Positions 50,028 through 58,788 of a stretch of 64,000 bases of DNA are shown here, piece by piece. The DNA is from Deinococcales bacterium (GTDB lineage: Bacteria; Deinococcota; Deinococci; Deinococcales; JAAFIG01). The position numbers and the translations under genes were made by a program. The stretch lies in contig JANNVX010000018.1 of assembly GCA_031414595.1 (NCBI GenBank), positions 137,111-201,110 of the forward strand, read 5' to 3'. Each line of letters starts with the position of its first letter. Position 1 is the first letter of the stretch. The notes below the pieces were generated by a model. That model was not told the origin of the DNA. It saw only the letters and a program-made list of their open reading frames with translations, and made no database searches.

Positions 50028-51245
50028 ATGAAATTACTAGCCCCAATTATTCTGGCTGCCTTGCTGGTGGCTTGCCCCAACCCAAGCCCGACCAACCGCG
50101 CTCCAATCGCTGCTTTTACCATTTCGAGCAACCCTAGTACAGTTGGCACAACCCTCAATTTTAATGCCAGCACCTCGAGCGATCCAGACGGCAATGTTTT
50201 AACGTATGCTTGGAATTTTGGTGATTCCAGCACAGCAATCGGCGTGACAAGCTCGCACGCATTTGCAACCGCAGGTAGTTTCACAGTTATACTAACCGTC
50301 TCGGATGGAAAACTCAGCACACCAATCACCCAAAATCTAACCATTAACCCTGCTCCCTTGAGCTTTGGTAAAATCACCTATACCTATCAAAATAATGTCT
50401 ATCGAGTCAGCGCCCAAGCTGGCGCAACCCCAGAGAATGTCTCGGCGCTGATCACCACTGGCACACGCAAACCAGAGCGCCGCTTAAACATCTCGCCTAA
50501 TGGTACATGGCTGGTTCTCGAGACCCAAAACTTAGATGTCGGATGTGATGGCAATTACTGCCTTGCGGTTGCCCCAAGCGCCAATCCTGCCAGTGCCGCA
50601 GTGGTACGCACCCCAAATTTAGTTCAAGACTCCCAAGGTTTCCCTGCCATCTCCAGCGACGGCAACCTGATTGTTTACACCGCCAGTGGTGGCGCACATA
50701 ACTTTGACCTCTGGGCAATCCGTAAGACTGCTAATACTTGGGCTGCGCCAGTGCAGATTACCCAAACCAGCACCCAAAACTACAACGACCAGCCCGCCAT
50801 CTCGAGCGACGGCAGTAAGGTTTTGTTTGATTGCGGGGTTGTGGCTTTTGGCGAAGGTAACACCAGTATCTGCGAAATCGGCACAAACGGCACAGGTTTC
50901 AGGGTTGTGGTTTCCCCGAGTAACGCCCCCTCGAGTATTGCAAGTAAAGGACCGACCCATCATGCTGATTATTTGTCCGACGGAAGTATTGCCTTTGACA
51001 CAGCTTGGGATGCCGATGCAGTCTGGAAAATTCTTGGCAACACCATCAGCAAAGTCTCGCAGGTCAACAACAACGTCGCTCCATGTGGACTAAGCGGTGG
51101 CAAAGTTGCTTCGCTCTGGCTCGAGCGCAGTGGCAATACCAATGGTTATCACGAACTCATCATGACCGATAACAACGGAGCGAATCTTCAAACCATTGTC
51201 ACGGGAATTGACATCGAAGACATCGGTATTGGCTGTGGAGGGTAA
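50028..51245 (+). CDS. PKD-domain lipoprotein with TolB/PD40-like repeats
   Basis: LVAC lipobox; PKD; PAISSDG repeats. Confidence 0.85.
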   Translation: MKLLAPIILAALLVACPNPSPTNRAPIAAFTISSNPSTVGTTLNFNASTSSDPDGNVLTYAWNFGDSSTAIGVTSSHAFATAGSFTVILTVSDGKLSTPITQNLTINPAPLSFGKITYTYQNNVYRVSAQAGATPENVSALITTGTRKPERRLNISPNGTWLVLETQNLDVGCDGNYCLAVAPSANPASAAVVRTPNLVQDSQGFPAISSDGNLIVYTASGGAHNFDLWAIRKTANTWAAPVQITQTSTQNYNDQPAISSDGSKVLFDCGVVAFGEGNTSICEIGTNGTGFRVVVSPSNAPSSIASKGPTHHADYLSDGSIAFDTAWDADAVWKILGNTISKVSQVNNNVAPCGLSGGKVASLWLERSGNTNGYHELIMTDNNGANLQTIVTGIDIEDIGIGCGG

Positions 51246-51276
51246 AGGTCAAAAAACCGTAGGGGCGGGGCTTGTA

Positions 51277-51564
51277 TCATACACTCCGACTTAATCAAGA
51301 AAAACGTGTGCAACGCGAAAAAATCCTCCCCTGTCGTTAGACAGATGGGAGGTGGCGCGAGTGCAACGAGTGACGGAGGGGTCTGCGGCGCGTAAACGAA
51401 GAGACGCTGTGCAGACCCCTCCGACGCGCTTCGCTTGCCACCATTAGCACGCAGTGCTAATCGTCCTGCTTCGCGGGGAGGACAAAATCCAAGTGCTGAG
51501 TCACGAATTGAAACATAAGATTTACTGGTATAAACAGCAAAAACGATTAAGTCGGAGTCAATGA
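51277..51564. mobile_element. MITE-like element with 20-bp TIRs and a nested palindromic repeat
   Basis: TCATACACTCCGACTTAATC ... GATTAAGTCGGAGTCAATGA (18/20); no transposase ORF; REP halves on both sides. Confidence 0.7.
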
Positions 51565-51625
51565 CTTTGTGTTCGCCCTGTGAGACAACATGATTTGAAT
51601 TCGCCCTGCTCGAGAAAGGAAACCC

Positions 51626-52318
51626 ATGAAAAATAAATCCCTGATAGTTGCTTTTATTCTCGGCTCGAGCTTCATCGCTTGGGCTGCCTCGAGTACGCTT
51701 AAACTCAGCATTAACGGCACAGCGTACAGCCCAGCTGTAATTGTGCAGAACGGCAAAACCTATATCCCGCTCGAGGCGCTACAAAAAGCTGGGGTCAAAG
51801 CCATTGTTTCTAAAACCGAGGTCAAGCTCGAGTTGCCGGGCTTTGTCGGTGGCGCAAACCAACGGGCATCACTCGAGGGCTGCCTTGGTGAAACGCTTTT
51901 TAATGGGGTCTGGCGCATTAAAACCACCAAGCTCGAGGTGCTTAAAACCGATAAACTCGGCTGGGGCTTAACGCTCGAGGTCAAAAATGGAAGTCCAGCC
52001 ACAATCACGCCAGTGGATGCTGGTTTTGATGGGACTGGACAAGGTATTCAATTGGCTTTTGCCGATGCCAGCACGCTTAACGTCGATGCTATGGATGTCC
52101 AGAGAGTCACTTTTGCCAGTTTGCCGCCGGGTGGTGCAGTAACGCATCAGCTTAAATTCTTTTATCCGTTTGGGACAGCCGATAGTGCTATAAAAACCCC
52201 GACGAAGTTCCTGCTTGAGCTTAATCCAAAATCTATTGGCGACAGTACCAAAGCCAAAGGGGTGGCGTTTAGCGTACCTAATCCAAGTTTGCGGGTGCGC
52301 TTGGATTGTCAAAAGTAA
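51626..52318 (+). CDS. Secreted hypothetical protein
   Basis: Signal peptide ending AWA; V.QNGKTYIPL motif; AAGGA RBS. Confidence 0.8.
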   Translation: MKNKSLIVAFILGSSFIAWAASSTLKLSINGTAYSPAVIVQNGKTYIPLEALQKAGVKAIVSKTEVKLELPGFVGGANQRASLEGCLGETLFNGVWRIKTTKLEVLKTDKLGWGLTLEVKNGSPATITPVDAGFDGTGQGIQLAFADASTLNVDAMDVQRVTFASLPPGGAVTHQLKFFYPFGTADSAIKTPTKFLLELNPKSIGDSTKAKGVAFSVPNPSLRVRLDCQK

Positions 52319-52584
52319 AATTGCTTGTATTCAACTGGAGACTTGGGCTTAGGTTTTGATTATTGTGGGATAAAAGAACCCTTAACCGCCCCTTTTGGAA
52401 AACTACTTCTGCTTTGGTTGAGGGCAAAATTATTGTTGCTTCCTGATTGAAATTGCAAGAGCGTAGGCAAGTTTTAGCGCAGAAATTTCACAAGAACTAT
52501 TGACTATTTTTATCACGACACGATTTGACGCACTAGCCAACGAAACTCACCTTCGAGCGGTTTTAAGCCCTCGAGAGGAGTTTT

Positions 52585-52719
52585 ATGTTCAAGCGTGTTG
52601 TACAAATTTTACTCGCCGTCGTCCTTTTAGCCGTGGTTGCTGCACCTAATGCCAGTGTCACAACCCCAACCCCAGTTTTAATTGCTGGTGACGACCCCGG
52701 TGGTGGAACAGGCGGTTAA
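52585..52719 (+). CDS. 44-aa secreted peptide, candidate signalling pro-peptide
   Basis: GAGGAG RBS; MFKRVVQILLAVVLLAVVAAPNASVTTPTPVLIAGDDPGGGTGG; below ORF-track cutoff. Confidence 0.8.
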   Translation: MFKRVVQILLAVVLLAVVAAPNASVTTPTPVLIAGDDPGGGTGG

Positions 52720-52728
52720 TTTTAGGCG

Positions 52729-52760
52729 GTAGCGCCAAGAGCATCAGCTTTTGGCGCTAC
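52729..52760 (+). terminator. Hairpin between peptide and TPR gene
   Basis: GTAGCGCCAAGAGC-atca-GCTTTTGGCGCTAC; no U-tract; overlaps TACAAT 7 nt before the next ATG. Confidence 0.6.
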
Positions 52761-52770
52761 AATACTGACC

Positions 52771-54423
52771 ATGCGAATCAGTCCGACCAATCAATGGAAT
52801 GAATACTACATGCAATACAAAAAACTGGTTCGTCAACAACATTGGTTTGCTTTGCAGCAATCCTTTCCAGTCGTCTTGCGCTTGGCGCGTAATGTTAAAC
52901 AGCATCAGGATTTCTTAAAAATGATTGAACCACTGCAAAGCATCATCTTAAATCCGTCGAATCATCTGATTTATGCTGAACTACTACTTCGCGCTCGAGC
53001 TTTTACCAAAGCCCTACATTTTCTCGAGACCCTGATGCCAAACCCAAATGCCTTATCTTTATATGCTCTTGCCTTACTGCGAAACCAGCAACCGATAGAA
53101 GCCCTGAAACAAGCCCAAATTGCCTTACCCACAGGTATCCGTTTAGACCTTGCCTACCGAGTGATTGCCGAAGCCAGTTTTGAGATGCGTTTACCAAATT
53201 GGCAAAAAGCATTTGGCAAAGCAGTTGACCACACCAAAGGTCGTCAGTGCGGCTATGTCTGGATAGAATGGGGACGAGCTTTAGAACTTGAACTTCAAGG
53301 GGCTGCCGCTCGAGAATGCTGGGCAACAGCCCAAGATTTTTTTGAGCAAGATGCCTATTACCAAGCCCAAATCATGGCGAATATGGGTTTATCCTGTGTT
53401 AAAGAATTAAAACTCGAGGAAGCAGAAGGTCATTACGCCCAACTCTTGAAACGCGCTTCACACCCAGAAGCCAAGAGTTTTCAGTCTCAAGCCTGGCGCG
53501 GTTTTGGTTTATCTTGGCGAGCCGCAGGAGAATATCAACGTGCGCTATTTGCTTATGAAAAAGCCTTAAAACTCTCCAAAGAACCCTTTGATAAAATCCA
53601 AGCCCAACGTGGCATCGGTCATACCCTGCGCTTACAAGGTTATCCAAGCCAAGCTCTAACGCACCTACAAAAAGCCTTGGCAATCCAAAAGAAAAATAAT
53701 CTTCCCCTGACCATTTACCCAGACTTAGCGGCAGCACGGCTTAGCAACGGCAACATCGAAGCTGCCTTAAACGACCTCGAGCAATGGCAAGGCAGGGGCG
53801 AAGACGAGGAACGCCGTCAGATTGTCTTTGCCGAAATCGCACGGCAACACCAAAATCCTAACCTTGCGCTCGAGTATGCCCAAAAAGTACGTTGGTACAG
53901 CCTTTGGGGACGTGAAGAACTCAAATGTTTTGCAAAACTTCAAGCCTTATTGATGAGCATGAACCTGACCTTACCTGAATCACCACCAAGCAATGCAGAA
54001 TTTCAGATTGTGGTCAGAGCCAGAGGGACATTGCAAATCAGTATTAACCAACGCCGCCTGAGCATTAACCCTACCAGTCGGGCGGCACAACTCTTGGTTT
54101 TACTGCTCGAGCATCATCAGTCTCGCAGCGCCCGTGATTTACTCCTCGATTTTTATCCAAACACCACCAAGGTTGAAGCTCGAGCCAAACAAAAACTAAT
54201 TTCAAAAGCTGTGGCTGCTTTACGTGAAATGCTTGGTTGGAATGAAAGTGTGATGCAAAAAGGTGGGGTTTATAGCCTCGACCCGAACAGCATTTGGCAT
54301 TACGATGTACAAGAAGCACGGGGAAAAGGCGAAGCGGTTGCGGTGTTTATGACGGGTGTAAGTGAAGATTGGGTACTCGAGCGAATACGATCTTTTGATC
54401 ATCAACCACGCGATTTGAACTGA
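52771..54423 (+). CDS. TPR protein with C-terminal SARP/OmpR-type winged helix
   Basis: TPR motifs (AWRGFG..W...GEY..AL.AYEKAL; RGIGH.L...G....AL..LQKAL); C-terminus similar in pattern to that of 39757..42834. Confidence 0.85.
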   Translation: MRISPTNQWNEYYMQYKKLVRQQHWFALQQSFPVVLRLARNVKQHQDFLKMIEPLQSIILNPSNHLIYAELLLRARAFTKALHFLETLMPNPNALSLYALALLRNQQPIEALKQAQIALPTGIRLDLAYRVIAEASFEMRLPNWQKAFGKAVDHTKGRQCGYVWIEWGRALELELQGAAARECWATAQDFFEQDAYYQAQIMANMGLSCVKELKLEEAEGHYAQLLKRASHPEAKSFQSQAWRGFGLSWRAAGEYQRALFAYEKALKLSKEPFDKIQAQRGIGHTLRLQGYPSQALTHLQKALAIQKKNNLPLTIYPDLAAARLSNGNIEAALNDLEQWQGRGEDEERRQIVFAEIARQHQNPNLALEYAQKVRWYSLWGREELKCFAKLQALLMSMNLTLPESPPSNAEFQIVVRARGTLQISINQRRLSINPTSRAAQLLVLLLEHHQSRSARDLLLDFYPNTTKVEARAKQKLISKAVAALREMLGWNESVMQKGGVYSLDPNSIWHYDVQEARGKGEAVAVFMTGVSEDWVLERIRSFDHQPRDLN

Positions 54424-54484
54424 GTTAGATGCACTCAGGTTATCAGAGTACAGATACAAATTGTAAATAAAAGCGACCATCAGG

Positions 54485-54506
54485 CGACAGGGGTGGAGTA
54501 TTGTCG
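54485..54506. promoter_or_regulatory. Candidate WYL-regulator operator
   Basis: CGACA-N12-TGTCG upstream of the WYL gene RBS. Confidence 0.4.
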
Positions 54507-54532
54507 TGTTAATTCGCTATTAGGAGTAACCC

Positions 54533-55519
54533 ATGAAAGCTACTCAGAAAAAAACCATTCGTTTACAACAAGTACAAAAACTGCTCGAGGCTGCACCACG
54601 CACTTACCAAGACCTTTGTAATCGGCTCGAGATAGACCACTCACCAGCCAGTATACGGGCTTTACAACGTGATTTAACCGATCTTACCAACCAAGGTTTT
54701 GAGATTACCTCTCAAGCAACACGCCCTGAGAAGTTCAAAATTACCAAAAGTCCACCGCCACGCATGAAACCCGACGAAGCCCTTGCTGCCCATATCGCTT
54801 TGCGTCTGCTGTACCACCACTCGAGCAACCCACCAAAAAGTTATCAGAACGCCCTCGAGAAGATTTTACTGACCATGCCACCGCAAATGCAGCAAATCGC
54901 CAAGCAGTCCATGCCCAACAACCAAGGTACAGAAGAAAAATTCTTTGAATTTGAAAAAATTGCAAATTGTTGGACAAAACGCCAAACTATCCACTTTGAT
55001 TATCTGGCATTAAGTACCAGCAGTCAAAAACCCCATAAGACCGAACTCGAGATTTATTTTGTAGAAATTTCCAGAAGCAACTTTGAAATATATGTGATTG
55101 GACGCAGAATTAACCACCCACCTTATGAAGTCAGAACATTTATGCTCAGCCTGATGAAAGGCATTACGCCACTCGGTCAGCACTACGAAATACCACTGGA
55201 TTTTGACCCACAAGTCTTTTTATCCGATGCTTGGGGGGTGATTGGCAACCGTGAGTCTATGTTAGTGCGGCTAAAATTTGACGCTAGTGTACGGCGCTGG
55301 CTCGAGAACAGACGCTTTCCGGGGGTCAAGCACCGTCAAACCGATGAAGAGGGTAATTATATTCTGACGATTGAAATTGGGGTCAACAGTAAAGGCGAAC
55401 CGCAAGAACTGATGCCGTTTATTCGGGGCTGGGGTGCAAAAGTTGAGGTTCTCGAGCCGCAGGGGTTACGGCAACGGTGGCTCGAGGATGCGCGGGAAAT
55501 TTTACGGAGGTACGAATGA
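54533..55519 (+). CDS. HTH-WYL-WCX transcriptional regulator
   Basis: R.LQRDL HTH; IYVIG..VRTF; F.P..FL..AWG; WGAKVEVLEP. Confidence 0.9.
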   Translation: MKATQKKTIRLQQVQKLLEAAPRTYQDLCNRLEIDHSPASIRALQRDLTDLTNQGFEITSQATRPEKFKITKSPPPRMKPDEALAAHIALRLLYHHSSNPPKSYQNALEKILLTMPPQMQQIAKQSMPNNQGTEEKFFEFEKIANCWTKRQTIHFDYLALSTSSQKPHKTELEIYFVEISRSNFEIYVIGRRINHPPYEVRTFMLSLMKGITPLGQHYEIPLDFDPQVFLSDAWGVIGNRESMLVRLKFDASVRRWLENRRFPGVKHRQTDEEGNYILTIEIGVNSKGEPQELMPFIRGWGAKVEVLEPQGLRQRWLEDAREILRRYE

Positions 55520-57705
55520 AACCAGAGTATGCGGCACACACGCCACGCGACGCAAAAGACCCTAATTCACCTTGGCACGAATTGCTTGAACATTTGGAAA
55601 CGGTGGCAAAAGATGCGGCTGTGTTCGCCAGTAAATTCGGTGCAGCCGAAATTGCACACTGGGCTGGAATGCTTCATGATACAGGGAAATTTAGCAGTGC
55701 TTTTCAAGCTTATTTATGGGAAGCTCATATTGCAAAACGCGATGACAAATCACAACCAGAGAAAGGCAAAGCACCTCACGCAATGACAGGTGCTGTCATC
55801 ACAAGACTTTTTGCCTTAAATGATGAATTGGCAACAGGCTTAGAGTTGCCTTGGGTTATTGCAGCACATCATGCAGGGCTAAAGTCTAAAACTGATTTAC
55901 TCGATAGTATCAAAGAAAAAAGCGAAACTGCTTTAGTACAAGACGGTGTGCAAAAAGCCTTTAGCTGGAAAAAATTAGCATTACTAACACAAGAAAATTT
56001 TGAATTTCCACAAACTCACTTCAAAACAAAACTTGAGCGCGAATTTTTTGTCCGAATGTTGCTCAGTTGCTTGGTGGATGCAGACCATTTAGATACTGAA
56101 GCCTTTGGTAGCCCACACAAAAGTAAAATTCGAGGGGAAGATAAAATTCCTTTAGAAACCTTACTTGACAAGTTAAAATCGGCACAGCTTGAGAAAATAG
56201 CTCAGGCAGAACAAAATGAAGTTAATATAATTCGTGCCGAAGTTTACTACCGAGCTTTAGAACGCGCTTCTGAATCGAAAGGTTTTTTTAGACTCAGCGT
56301 TCCTACAGGTGGTGGAAAAACCAGAAGTTCGCTTGCATTTGCGCTACAACACGCCATTTTGCATAACCTTGAACGAGTCATTTATGTTGTGCCGTATTTA
56401 ACAATTACACGCCAAATCGCACAAGATTTTAGCGAAGTTCTTGGTGCAGAAAATATTCTTGAGAGTCATAGCGGCGTTCAACATGACCCAAATGAAGGCG
56501 AAACTTGGACTAAATTAGCGGCAGAGAACTGGGATGGAAAGATTATTGTCACAACAGGCGTACAATTCTTAGAGGCTTTATTTGCTCGGAAACCGTCTAA
56601 GTTACGAAAACTACATCGAATCAGCCGAAGCGTAATTATTTTCGATGAAGCACAAACCCTTCCTGCGCCGTTATTAACACCAATTATGGATGTTTTGCAT
56701 CAAGTAGTAGATACTTACCACTCGAGTATCGTATTTTGCACAGCAACACAACCAGCCCTAGATTCGGGAAGCGGATTTCCAGATTTACAGAGCCGAGAAA
56801 TTGCACCAGACCCGAACCGTCTTTTTCGGAATCTTGAGAGGGTAAAGTATCAATTTTCGTGGGAGGCGTGGGATTGGCAACGAATTGCAAAAGAATTGGT
56901 TCAACATCAGCAAGTGCTTTGTGTGGTCAATACCAGAGCGCACGCTCGAGCTATTTTTTCGGCGCTGAATGACCCTGAAGCAATTCATTTAAGTACCCAT
57001 TTATGCGGCGCTCATCGTCAAAGACAAATCGCAAAAATTCAAACAAGACTCGAGCAAAAACAACCATGCCGCGTAATTTCCACCCAATTGATTGAAGCAG
57101 GAATAGACCTTGATTTCCCAGTTGTGTACCGAGCTTTTGCACCGTTAGATAGCATCGTACAAGCTGCTGGTCGCTGTAACCGTAACATGAAATTGTACCC
57201 AGAAAAAGGTTTAGTGGTGGTTTTTCAGCCAGAACAACTAGGTTTACCTAAAGGCGTTTATGAAGCTGCGACCCATAAAACCCAAAGCTGGTTACGCAAA
57301 GGAATTGACTTAAATGCTGCCGATACATTTCATAAATACTTTACTGAATTGCATAACGCCACGGATACGGATGCCCGTAAAATTCAGAGTCTACGCCAAG
57401 ATTTTGATTACCCGAATGTTAGTCAAGAATTTCGTGTAATTGAGGATGATACTGAAGCTGTTTTGGTAAGACAATACGCTCCTGAAATTGTCGCAGCTAT
57501 TCTTAGCCAACCATTTAACCGTCAAACAATGCGAAAATTACAACCTTACCTTGTGAATGTCTTCAAAAAACAACTCGAAAAACTAGACCGCGCTACCCTG
57601 ATTCGACCTTGTGCTGAACACCCCGATTTGCTTGAGTGGGTTGGTAAATACGATGACAACTTGGGAATTCTCGAGGAGGTGAACGTGGAAATGACCGTGA
57701 TGTAA
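55516..57705 (+). CDS. cas3: CRISPR helicase/nuclease Cas3
   Basis: L.EHL, LHDTGK, HH, LVDAD, PTGGGKT, DEAQ, TAT, QAAGRCNR. Confidence 0.97.
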   Translation: MKPEYAAHTPRDAKDPNSPWHELLEHLETVAKDAAVFASKFGAAEIAHWAGMLHDTGKFSSAFQAYLWEAHIAKRDDKSQPEKGKAPHAMTGAVITRLFALNDELATGLELPWVIAAHHAGLKSKTDLLDSIKEKSETALVQDGVQKAFSWKKLALLTQENFEFPQTHFKTKLEREFFVRMLLSCLVDADHLDTEAFGSPHKSKIRGEDKIPLETLLDKLKSAQLEKIAQAEQNEVNIIRAEVYYRALERASESKGFFRLSVPTGGGKTRSSLAFALQHAILHNLERVIYVVPYLTITRQIAQDFSEVLGAENILESHSGVQHDPNEGETWTKLAAENWDGKIIVTTGVQFLEALFARKPSKLRKLHRISRSVIIFDEAQTLPAPLLTPIMDVLHQVVDTYHSSIVFCTATQPALDSGSGFPDLQSREIAPDPNRLFRNLERVKYQFSWEAWDWQRIAKELVQHQQVLCVVNTRAHARAIFSALNDPEAIHLSTHLCGAHRQRQIAKIQTRLEQKQPCRVISTQLIEAGIDLDFPVVYRAFAPLDSIVQAAGRCNRNMKLYPEKGLVVVFQPEQLGLPKGVYEAATHKTQSWLRKGIDLNAADTFHKYFTELHNATDTDARKIQSLRQDFDYPNVSQEFRVIEDDTEAVLVRQYAPEIVAAILSQPFNRQTMRKLQPYLVNVFKKQLEKLDRATLIRPCAEHPDLLEWVGKYDDNLGILEEVNVEMTVM

Positions 57706-57709
57706 GACG

Positions 57710-57793
57710 GGCGCATCAGAGGGTGTACCATGATGCGCCACATGAGAAACAACAGGTCTTTCACTATTTCAATCCTCGCTTAATAGCGAATAC
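57710..57793 (-). ncRNA. Solitary crRNA-like regulatory RNA (CreR/CreA-like)
   Basis: Pseudo-repeat ending CGAGGATTGAAAT, guide AGTGAAAGACCTGTTGT matching 57820-57836, 3' GC hairpin. Confidence 0.8.
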
Positions 57794-57806
57794 AAGTTTA
57801 CACTGA

Positions 57807-57858
57807 AGTATAACAAAGTACAACAGGTCTTTCACTAAGAATTAAACTATGCTATGTT
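57807..57858. promoter_or_regulatory. Overlapping divergent promoters containing the guide target
   Basis: Minus: GTGAAA-N17-TATACT with TG extension; plus: TTCACT-N16-TATGTT with TG extension. Confidence 0.6.
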
Positions 57859-57865
57859 GACTGGC

Positions 57866-58054
57866 ATGACCTACTCCACATCACCCCAAATCTTAGTTGA
57901 TACCGCTCATGACTGCTTTTCAAAAGCAATAGATGCTTCTGTCTGTCATGATTGTCCGCATTCTACAGCCCTCAAGGAGCAGTGGCGATTGGAGATTTTG
58001 GAGGAAATACATTTTAGAAATATGGATAGTGGCGAATTCAGTGAAGTTGATTGA
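57866..58054 (+). CDS. Small leaderless ORF (62 aa), function unknown
   Basis: ATG 7 nt after TATGTT; contains CHDC; ends 29 nt before cas5. Confidence 0.45.
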   Translation: MTYSTSPQILVDTAHDCFSKAIDASVCHDCPHSTALKEQWRLEILEEIHFRNMDSGEFSEVD

Positions 58055-58083
58055 CCGAAAACTCAAGAAAGGAGTGTGAAACC

Positions 58084-58788
58084 TTGCCAACCAATAATGC
58101 TATTCGTCTAAAAATCTCGAGTGACTTTGCTTGCTTTACTCGCCCTGAGAACAAAGTAGAGCGTGTTTCTTATGATGTCATCACACCAAGCGCGGCTCGA
58201 GGTGTGTTAGAAGGTATTCTCTGGAAACCCGAAATGCGTTACCGAATTACCGAGATTTGGGTTTTGAAACCAATTAAGCGATTTTCTATTGTCCGTAACG
58301 AAATTCAAAACCTTATCGTACCCAAAACAGCCAAAGGTTGGGCGCAGAACGGAGCAGGAGGATATGCGGCTGACGACAACCGTACACAACGCCACTCGCT
58401 TATTTTACGTGATGTAGAGTACATTATTCATGCCGAAATAGACTTGATGCCTCGAGCCAGTGACCCATTGCCTAAGTATCTGGAAATGTTCTCACGCCGA
58501 GTCGAAAAAGGGCAGGCGCACCGAATGCCATATTTAGGCAACCGAGAATTCACAGCCAGTTTTGAACCTGTGAACGGTTCGGAAAAAGCAATACCAGAAG
58601 ACAACGAATTAGGCAGAATGCTGTTTGATCTTGAATTTGCGACCCAGAAAAAAGGTGGCATCAGTTTTAAGCAACACACTCCAAACGGTAGCACATGGGT
58701 GGATGGCGTGGCTAAACCTAAATTTTTTCGAGCCAAACTCGAGCAGGGCATTTTGCGTGTGCCACAAGAATTATATGGGGGTATCTGA
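58084..58788 (+). CDS. cas5: Type I-C Cas5 (Cas5d)
   Basis: FACFTRPE.KVERVSYDVITPSAARG, LRDVEY, YLG.REF; AAGGAG RBS before TTG. Confidence 0.97.
   Translation: MPTNNAIRLKISSDFACFTRPENKVERVSYDVITPSAARGVLEGILWKPEMRYRITEIWVLKPIKRFSIVRNEIQNLIVPKTAKGWAQNGAGGYAADDNRTQRHSLILRDVEYIIHAEIDLMPRASDPLPKYLEMFSRRVEKGQAHRMPYLGNREFTASFEPVNGSEKAIPEDNELGRMLFDLEFATQKKGGISFKQHTPNGSTWVDGVAKPKFFRAKLEQGILRVPQELYGGI

Noticed and set aside
51444-51460. TTAGCAC-gca-GTGCTAA resembling CIRCE
   Set aside because: Spacer far too short, inside a repeat element, no chaperone gene adjacent.
57749-57837. 18-bp direct repeat read as a CRISPR array or target-site duplication
   Set aside because: It does not resemble the repeat; the repeat-like part is the sequence next to it, so guide plus target fits better.
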